DNA of 64,000 bases from an uncultured archaeon (GTDB taxonomy: Archaea; Asgardarchaeota; Thorarchaeia; Thorarchaeales; Thorarchaeaceae). Location: the NCBI GenBank assembly GCA_964610875.1, contig CAZSWP010000003.1:88504-152503 (forward strand). The letters are read 5' to 3'. Positions 57,238 through 64,000 of the stretch are shown piece after piece. The notes under the pieces are model-generated. The model ran no database searches, was not told the DNA's origin, and saw nothing but the letters and a program-made list of their open reading frames with translations. The first letter of the stretch is position 1. Each line of letters starts with the position of its first letter. Position numbers and translations under genes: made by a program.

Positions 57238-58212
57238 TCACAATTTGAATCCAAACTCAGTGGGATCAATATGTCCAAGTCGTACCAGAGCTTTCTCTGC
57301 ATAAGTTCGTACTTCCTCATCCTCATCATTCAGGAGGAATTCAAGCTCTGGAGCTGCGGGTGGGTAGGGCGAAACACCCATCGCCCAAGCAGCCTGTCTT
57401 CTGACTCCAGTATCTGGTGATTGGAGCAGTTCCGCTACAGCTCGTAGAATGATTTCAGAACGTTTCTCTATCACCAACCGGATTATCCGTACCTGTTCCT
57501 TTGGTTCGACATTGTGTAATGCATCAGCAAGACCTTGAAGTGCACGGCCATCATCCATGTCCCGAAGGCCTCTGATTGCCCAATCTCGCACCCCTTCGTT
57601 GATGTCTTCAAGTGCTGATAAAAGACAACAGATACCATTGGCTGAACCAATATTTGCCAATGCCCACGCACCTGCTTTTCGAATCTCGATATCTGGGTCT
57701 CCAAGTGTTGCACATAATGCACCCAGCGTTTCATCACAGATTACTTTTGTAAGGGAGAAGATGGCTTCTTTGCGAAGCAGTACATCCTCCTCTTGGGTCT
57801 TTGCAACACGTCGTAATACTGTACCAAATGCTGTAGGGTCCGTACTACTCAGAATATGAACTGTCCATTTTCGGACCTCAAACGCTTCATCCCTGTCAAG
57901 CATAATCTCTGCTATCTGATCATTCATTGAATCAACACGCCGTCTGTAGACACTCTGAAGACCACGGACGCGAATTCTTTCTTCAGAGTCAGTGAGAGTT
58001 TCTTTCATCAGAACGAGTGCTGTTTTATCACTCATCATATCAACAAGGTCCAACAATCTGTTCTTAATCTGAAGTGAGTCCGAATCATCAGTTCCAAAAA
58101 CATCTGCTACCAAATCGCCATACTCCTCTGTATGATTGTGAATATAATCTACAATCTCTTTCTGGTGCTCAAAAACGTCTGGGCCTGATAGCAATTCTAG
58201 CAACTGACTCAC
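57238..58212 (-). CDS. HEAT (PBS lyase) repeat protein
   Basis: Repeated L.D....VR..AA.AL units. Confidence 0.88.
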   Translation of the reverse strand: MSQLLELLSGPDVFEHQKEIVDYIHNHTEEYGDLVADVFGTDDSDSLQIKNRLLDLVDMMSDKTALVLMKETLTDSEERIRVRGLQSVYRRRVDSMNDQIAEIMLDRDEAFEVRKWTVHILSSTDPTAFGTVLRRVAKTQEEDVLLRKEAIFSLTKVICDETLGALCATLGDPDIEIRKAGAWALANIGSANGICCLLSALEDINEGVRDWAIRGLRDMDDGRALQGLADALHNVEPKEQVRIIRLVIEKRSEIILRAVAELLQSPDTGVRRQAAWAMGVSPYPPAAPELEFLLNDEDEEVRTYAEKALVRLGHIDPTEFGFKL

Positions 58213-58264
58213 TGGTTTCCACTGTAACTACTTCTATTGTTACCTTTTACTATTGTGCAATTCC

Positions 58265-59278
58265 CTAGTAGATATCGAAGGCTTTCGCATTAGGCAGCTT
58301 GAACCATTCAATATCAGGACTCTCTCTCAATACAGTGTAGTATGCCGCGAATTGCAATGCAATTGTGTTTGCTATTGCTTGTCCAAAAGTACTCTCTAAT
58401 CTGAGCTCTCTAGGAGTCTGCAGCCGATAGACTTCCATGTGTAGTACGTCTTGCATCACATTGATGAATTTCTCATCTGTGCCTTCCGTAATTCTGTCAC
58501 TGATGACAACCGCTTGATCGTTGTCTTTGACAATCAGATTGTAGTGATGTTGGAACTCCTCTTTAATGACTGGAACTGACTTGAGTAGCGAGAACTCATT
58601 GAACTTCATCATCCCCATTTGTGCAGCAACATAGTTTGGTCCTTCTCCCAAGAGGAACAGTGTACGATTCACATCCAGCATGTCTGCTATCCTTCTCCCA
58701 GTCTTGTCTGCCCAAGGAATCAGCTCTTCGAGATTGCGTTCATATCTGTGGGTGTCCTCATGGAGTCGACTATGTGGCATTGCCTCCCGAAACATGGCTA
58801 GTTTCAATAAATATGCCATTGCACATGTGGTAGGAGCAGTAGGCGCAATATTGTATGATATAACTCCTGAGTCTGTAACCCACTTATGCCCCGCAATTTG
58901 TGTTGCAGCTCCTCCTGTGTCATCAGTGAGTACAACAGTATCTACTCCCCCCTCCTTCGCACATTCTAGTGCTTCTATGGTTGACAGGCTTCTTCCGGAA
59001 GCTGTGATTCCAATCACTATAGTCCTATCAGTCAATCTCAGTCGTTCAATCTCATGAGGTGATAGTGAAATTGCACTTTTGCCAATTGCCAAGAACAACT
59101 GTTCACCGAATTCTGCAACAGCATAGGAGTCTCCTGCACCTAGAAGGACAATCAAGTCCTTATCTTTGATAGCATAGACCTCTTTCCGATCAATACCTTT
59201 CAAGGTCCTAGCAATACTCTCTGCTTGTTTTTTCATTGCATCATGACAATCATCAAGAAACTTGCTCATTTTCATCAC
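58265..59278 (-). CDS. SIS-domain sugar isomerase/deaminase (GlmS/AgaS/FrlB-like)
   Basis: LGAGDSY, ITASGRS, LGEGPNY, MKFNE, EEFQH. Confidence 0.85.
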   Translation of the reverse strand: MMKMSKFLDDCHDAMKKQAESIARTLKGIDRKEVYAIKDKDLIVLLGAGDSYAVAEFGEQLFLAIGKSAISLSPHEIERLRLTDRTIVIGITASGRSLSTIEALECAKEGGVDTVVLTDDTGGAATQIAGHKWVTDSGVISYNIAPTAPTTCAMAYLLKLAMFREAMPHSRLHEDTHRYERNLEELIPWADKTGRRIADMLDVNRTLFLLGEGPNYVAAQMGMMKFNEFSLLKSVPVIKEEFQHHYNLIVKDNDQAVVISDRITEGTDEKFINVMQDVLHMEVYRLQTPRELRLESTFGQAIANTIALQFAAYYTVLRESPDIEWFKLPNAKAFDIY

Positions 59279-59284
59279 CGTTTA

Positions 59285-59749
59285 TCATAACATGTTGACC
59301 TGGGGAGGTTCATATCCCATCTTTCTTGATAGACCTACAATGAGGCCTCTGTGATGGGTTTCATGAGTCGCCATATGGATAAGTGCTTTCGCTACAGTGA
59401 AACTGACCAATCGATCTCCCCATTGCACACTCTTGACATATTGCAGGGTCACATCAGTCTGATCTTCTAAGAACTTTCTTGCTGCCTTCTCTGTGTTCAT
59501 CCAGGCTTCCTTGATTTCTTCAATACTATTCAAGTCATTCTCATCATATGGTTCTGGTTTCTCGTCTTGAAGCAGACGAATCCAATATTGCTCCGTATTA
59601 ATGAGATGCACAAGAATGCCATGGATTGAATCCCACCCCACATCCTGAATCTCATGCAACTCGTTATCGGAAAGCTCACCTACGGATTCCATCAGCCCTT
59701 TTCTACAAGTGAAATTGTGTTTGAGAAGCATACCAATACAAGACATCAT
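59285..59749 (-). CDS. DinB family protein
   Basis: SIHGILVHLINTE..W and HMATHETHHRG metal-binding motifs. Confidence 0.9.
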   Translation of the reverse strand: MMSCIGMLLKHNFTCRKGLMESVGELSDNELHEIQDVGWDSIHGILVHLINTEQYWIRLLQDEKPEPYDENDLNSIEEIKEAWMNTEKAARKFLEDQTDVTLQYVKSVQWGDRLVSFTVAKALIHMATHETHHRGLIVGLSRKMGYEPPQVNML

Positions 59750-60225
59750 CGGTGTATAATGATTGTAACACTCCCTTATGAAAATTTGATTATTTCCAAG
59801 GACATTTCATTTTCATGGATTTTACGGAATTACTCACTCATGTAGAAGTTATCAGTATTTAATCTTTCAAATGAACTCGGGGAAGCTGTGAATATTCATG
59901 GAGAGTTCGAAATTCAATCTTAATGATCTATTTCTGAGCCTCAACAATTTCAAGGTCCTTGTTCCCATTCCCGTTTCCACCGGACAAAGACTCAAAGAAC
60001 ACGATGTCCTTGAATCCCACTCAAGGACTAGAAGAGGCCACACAGGAGTCTCTTGAGGTCATTGTAGAAATCATCAAGGCACATCAGATTAAGAAGTTTG
60101 GCGAGGTGCGTGAGCGGATTGAGAACTTGCTAGTTTCACAGGACTCTAGTTCAATCATTATCGCATAGATCTTCTTTTCATAATAACAAAACCAACTAGA
60201 GCATTGAATCTTAACATGAATAGCC

Positions 60226-60300
60226 TGACAGTCTCGAACGACCTGTCCTTGGTCAAGGTCGCATACCATCCATTAACGTGACAGTCTTGAACGACCTATC
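60226..60300 (-). repeat. 22-bp direct repeat pair with 31-bp spacer at the tnpB 3' end
   Basis: TGACAGTCTCGAACGACCTGTC (60226-60247) and TGACAGTCTTGAACGACCTATC (60279-60300). Confidence 0.85.
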
Positions 60301-62062
60301 AATGATGTGAGTGAGCCTCAACAGTCAGAGACTTCTGTGTTCCACCTTTCTCACTCTTGCTGTCACCAGCATCACATGAGGCTGTGTCCTCATGGTCAGA
60401 GTGAGCTTTGTCCAAGTTCATCGGAGTGTGACTCCTCTCTTGGAACCTGGCTTCTGTCCGCTGCATCTGGATGTGGTTGTCGGTCCGCACATCCGCAGGC
60501 GGTGTTTCCACAGTCTTTTCCATGGCGTGGTCGTTACTACTCGGAAACTCTGCAAGCAGGGTCTGGTCACTGCAGTCAGCCACGGATACTTCCTTCTTCG
60601 AGGGTGACGCCCTCTCAGGAGATGAGGACTTCCGTTTAGAAGCACGAGACTTCCTCCGGGCATTCGGTGTGGTCTTGTCCTTGGACGTGAGCCACATACC
60701 TAGTCCTGTAGCCTCATCCATGAGTGATGGAATGAGCGTAATGATGCGTCTACCGATATTGACTGCTCCATTCATGTCTGCATTGGTCCGGTAGCCGCAG
60801 GTATGACAGATGAACAGGCTCTGTTTTGGGCGTATTCCCTTGTTCCCGCATCTGTGACAGATGATGGATGTCCAACTCTCAGGGACTGCAAAATATCGCT
60901 TTGCGGCAAGGCCTTCTCTCAGCAGCTTGTGTTTCAACAAATCATTGACCCTTGAAAAAGACCATCTGTGCATCTTACCGCGATAACGATTCCCGAATCC
61001 ATTCCCCTTTCGAGCAAGGGCTCGGATACCCTTTGGTCTTCCTATGACCACATAAAGGGAGTAGGTCTTCTCCAGTTCTAAGATATGTTCTGATAGATCC
61101 TTCACAAACTTCCTATCATAGTCAAAGCTTACTCTCCTGCGTTTCCTGCTCAATATCCTGAGTTTCTTTGAGATAGCAGATACATCTCGTCCTGCTTCAC
61201 TCAGTCTGTCTTTCTTCTGTTGAAGGCTTGCAACCTGTTGGTCATACTTTGTCATGATAGCGAGCTTGTCCTTCTGCTTCCAGTACCTGATATGTTTGTG
61301 CCCCTGTTGTGTGAGGAGCACACTACATGCAGCCTTGTTTATTCCAAGGTCAATACCAAGGATTGCTGGCGGTCTCTCAGAGTCAGGTTCAGTCTCTGTT
61401 TCTCTGATTGTGACAGAGAAGACCACCCACCATTTTCTGAAATTGTCCTTGAATATCCTCAGGCTCTTCACATCACCCTCACCAAGCTTGTTCAAGTGAT
61501 AGGAAGAGATAGCCAGAGGGATTGCTAGAGTGTCATGCAATCGAGTATCCTTCTCTACAGAGTCAATGGAGTCACGAAGCAATACCCAGTGTTTGACCGT
61601 CTGTTCTGGCCGATACACAAGCTTGAAGCATTTACGAAAGACATTGCGGGATAGTTTCCTGAGGGAGTATGCCTTACCCTGTAGGGGTTTTGCTCCACCT
61701 TTCTCAAGGTAGCTCAGCCACATACCAATGGCTGTGTCCCTACACTCCTGAAACTCGTTCACTGACATGTTAGAAAATCTGGTCTTGAAGTCATGAGGTA
61801 CTGTCAGCCTGTTGGCTGCGCCCCTTGACGCTGTCAGAGTGAGTTCATCAAGCATGCCAGCATTGATTCTCTTCGACTTCTTACCCTTTACAAGCTCGCT
61901 CTCATACTGTTCAATTATTGCAAGATAGGCCTTTATGACACGGGTGTCTCTACCAGTGATACGATTGAGTCTGGTCTTCTGGCGGCTTGTCATCATGTCC
62001 CACCATACTGGGACTTTGACACTTGAAATAACGCCTTTGGCCCGACCCATTCGACTCACCAA
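60299..62062 (-). CDS. tnpB: TnpB RNA-guided nuclease with rearranged (Fanzor/TnpB2-type) RuvC-II and long disordered C-terminal tail; no tnpA adjacent
   Basis: RuvC-I LGIDLG; VVIG in place of the canonical Glu; VPESWTS; zinc finger CHRC…CHTC; RuvC-III NADMNGAVNI. Confidence 0.9.
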   Translation of the reverse strand: MVSRMGRAKGVISSVKVPVWWDMMTSRQKTRLNRITGRDTRVIKAYLAIIEQYESELVKGKKSKRINAGMLDELTLTASRGAANRLTVPHDFKTRFSNMSVNEFQECRDTAIGMWLSYLEKGGAKPLQGKAYSLRKLSRNVFRKCFKLVYRPEQTVKHWVLLRDSIDSVEKDTRLHDTLAIPLAISSYHLNKLGEGDVKSLRIFKDNFRKWWVVFSVTIRETETEPDSERPPAILGIDLGINKAACSVLLTQQGHKHIRYWKQKDKLAIMTKYDQQVASLQQKKDRLSEAGRDVSAISKKLRILSRKRRRVSFDYDRKFVKDLSEHILELEKTYSLYVVIGRPKGIRALARKGNGFGNRYRGKMHRWSFSRVNDLLKHKLLREGLAAKRYFAVPESWTSIICHRCGNKGIRPKQSLFICHTCGYRTNADMNGAVNIGRRIITLIPSLMDEATGLGMWLTSKDKTTPNARRKSRASKRKSSSPERASPSKKEVSVADCSDQTLLAEFPSSNDHAMEKTVETPPADVRTDNHIQMQRTEARFQERSHTPMNLDKAHSDHEDTASCDAGDSKSEKGGTQKSLTVEAHSHH

Positions 62063-62090
62063 TATAAACTTACGACCTGTTCTGTGCCGT

Positions 62091-62134
62091 TGAGTTCACT
62101 CCCCTTCTTGTCTGCAAGAAAGGTTTTGAACTCA
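62091..62134. other. Stem-loop upstream of tnpB (possible element left-end hairpin)
   Basis: TGAGTTCA…TTCTTG-TCTG-CAAGAA…TGAACTCA. Confidence 0.5.
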
Positions 62135-62277
62135 TATTTTATTCATATATTTCCAATATAAACTTATTAAGATAAATTATCAAATGAAATTTTGAATTGA
62201 CTTAAACTGCTTCTAGCCTAGAAATTTTCCAATAAATTAATTTAGATGAATGTTTTAAATACCCAGCAAAACAGGAG

Positions 62278-64000
62278 ATGATTACTGTGTGGGAGAAAGG
62301 AAAACCTGAGAAAGGCTATCCAAAACACCCAAACAGAATACTCTACAATGCAATCAAGACAGGACTATCTACAACGATATTGCTTCAGAGAGAGATTGTA
62401 TCGAAGGCAGGTAATCATCTCTATGAAGGATCAAAAGAGAACTGGGAAAGAGCAAAGATTCAGTACAGATACTCAGTGGAAAGAGGGGACCCAGACTTCA
62501 CAATACTGACGAAATCTGAGAATAACATCCGGAAAAATCTGTACAGAATTCTAGTTGAACGTGCTGCGGCGTTTGGTATCCTTGAATCCGTCCGTGTGAC
62601 AAACAGATACGAGAGTCTAGGTCCACTGAATCAACGTCTTAATATTATTGGAGCTGTGCTTCGTTTCCTTGGGATGAGCCAATATGGTTTCATAGAAATG
62701 CAACAGCTAGTCCACAATGGCGAATTGGTCAAGGGTTTTGCTGCAAATTCGTATGCACCTCAAGTCATTCCAATTCATAATCTTCCAGAACTGGACTTCA
62801 TTGATTCCTGTAGGTCACCGCTTCAGACACTTGCAATGCATTGTGCCATATTTGATGTGCCGCATACTGATACCAAGAGATATGCCAATCTCTTCATGCT
62901 CAAAATGTCACCATATCTAGATTATCTGTATACAGAATATGCAATAGGAGAACCTGGACTGAATAGGAGACTGATCTCTATTCTGAGAGAACTGAAGAAT
63001 GATATTGCTGATAACTTTAGCACACGACTCTATCAAAATGATACAGTCACTGGCAAACAATCGGTTCCAACCCCAAAATTTGAGAGGCATTTCTTTGAAG
63101 CCCAACTACTAGAAGCTCAGAATGCCGGTGTGCATCCTCTGGCACTCATGGAGTTCAGACGAATATTCACGGGTGGATCGATTGTCACTAAGACTTATGA
63201 AATAGAAGACGGGAAGATCGAAGAACATCCAGCTCCATGCCTGACAGATGCAGATGTCAAGCATCTATGGTCGTTAATGTCCCAGAGTAGCATACGTAAG
63301 GGTTCGCATATTCATCATCGACTCTCTCGCCATCTTCCAACCTACCGCAGCATCAGATATGCTATGACTGACGACTCTGCAGCACAGATTGAGAGTTCTT
63401 TCAAACTCTGTGCTGAAACACCGCTCATGACTGAGCAAGGTGAAGGAAGAGCAGACCTGATTCTCTTCGAACGCTCGGTCATTCCAACCGGTCACAGATG
63501 TCTCTGGAAACCCGTTCTCTTGTTGGAGATAAAGACAAAAAGCGGATTCTATTGGGACTTCGGAGTCGAGGAAAAGGAATCAGAGTCCAGATCTTATAGA
63601 GAACTGGACCAGCTTGTTGTTCCAGCCTTTCGAATCAGGTCACGAGGACTGACTGATGATGAGTGGGATGATCTCATTCATGCTGAACCCCATGACCAAG
63701 TATTGGACCAGCTAGATGCGTACAAGAAGGCAATAGTTGATTCATACCAGGAGGTTTCAGGTCTTGCAGAAGAGATACCGCTTCAAGTTGGAACATTGTT
63801 CATTGATACTGTGGAGGACATCGGACAAGTTAGAGAGATCCTCAGCAATGTGATTCATGATGTATATGAGAAGTTGCGTGATACAGACTTTGATGATTCC
63901 CAGGTATTTGAAGTAGAACTTGAACACGCAAAACCACGTCTTGCGATTTTGATTCATAATCCATCAGATAAGGACGGAACCAAGCATACTTCTATAGAAA
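62278..64000 (+). CDS. Large hypothetical protein with PD-(D/E)XK nuclease motif, partial; runs off the window end
   Basis: Open frame from ATG at 62278 (RBS AGGAG) to the window end, absent from the ORF track; E…GEGRADLILFE…LLEIKTK. Confidence 0.75.
   Translation, partial: MITVWEKGKPEKGYPKHPNRILYNAIKTGLSTTILLQREIVSKAGNHLYEGSKENWERAKIQYRYSVERGDPDFTILTKSENNIRKNLYRILVERAAAFGILESVRVTNRYESLGPLNQRLNIIGAVLRFLGMSQYGFIEMQQLVHNGELVKGFAANSYAPQVIPIHNLPELDFIDSCRSPLQTLAMHCAIFDVPHTDTKRYANLFMLKMSPYLDYLYTEYAIGEPGLNRRLISILRELKNDIADNFSTRLYQNDTVTGKQSVPTPKFERHFFEAQLLEAQNAGVHPLALMEFRRIFTGGSIVTKTYEIEDGKIEEHPAPCLTDADVKHLWSLMSQSSIRKGSHIHHRLSRHLPTYRSIRYAMTDDSAAQIESSFKLCAETPLMTEQGEGRADLILFERSVIPTGHRCLWKPVLLLEIKTKSGFYWDFGVEEKESESRSYRELDQLVVPAFRIRSRGLTDDEWDDLIHAEPHDQVLDQLDAYKKAIVDSYQEVSGLAEEIPLQVGTLFIDTVEDIGQVREILSNVIHDVYEKLRDTDFDDSQVFEVELEHAKPRLAILIHNPSDKDGTKHTSIE

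Noticed and set aside
59959-60168. 69-aa ORF next to the tnpB 3' end
   Set aside because: It has no clear start or motif; possibly a gene fragment but not supportable.
1-64000. rRNA, RNase P or SRP RNA genes, and selenocysteine read-through ORFs
   Set aside because: No recognisable signatures were seen by eye; a covariance-model search would be needed to exclude divergent ones.

Overview
Archaeal chromosomal window, most likely Asgard/Thorarchaeia-like. This is an inference from PAN, TFE, GatDE, NAC, MBF1, intron-rich tRNAs and the divergent protein sequences. Most of 1-48 kb is housekeeping and metabolic genes (LKR/SDH, iorAB, hypF, acdA, atpD, pan, tfe, gatDE, purH, pgk, rpiA, mtnA, an ECF transporter), and the window carries seven tRNA genes, six with introns. 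The main signal is non-coding. A probable replication origin has inverted ORB boxes at 5726-5886, a further ORB at 1659 and no cdc6 gene in the window. It sits at the left edge of a ~14 kb zone (5.2-19.2 kb) peppered with the palindromic heptad GTAWTAC, usually in tandem pairs or triplets with 9-bp period, between genes and inside coding sequences. Inside that zone is a translationally coupled operon encoding an ExeA/TnsC/Cdc6-clade AAA+ ATPase and a ParG/omega/SegB-like ribbon-helix-helix protein. Together these look like an undescribed AAA+-driven, origin-proximal chromosome partition system with a dispersed centromere. The right part (48-64 kb) is an accessory region. It holds an island integrated at tRNA-Tyr, three copies of a ~185-bp CC/GG-core mini-element that interrupt genes, and a split and inverted DUF6144-like gene. 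It also holds a TnpB with a Fanzor-type rearranged RuvC, and a tnpB remnant whose putative omegaRNA guide matches the neighbouring tRNA-Tyr. All counts and alignments were done by eye.
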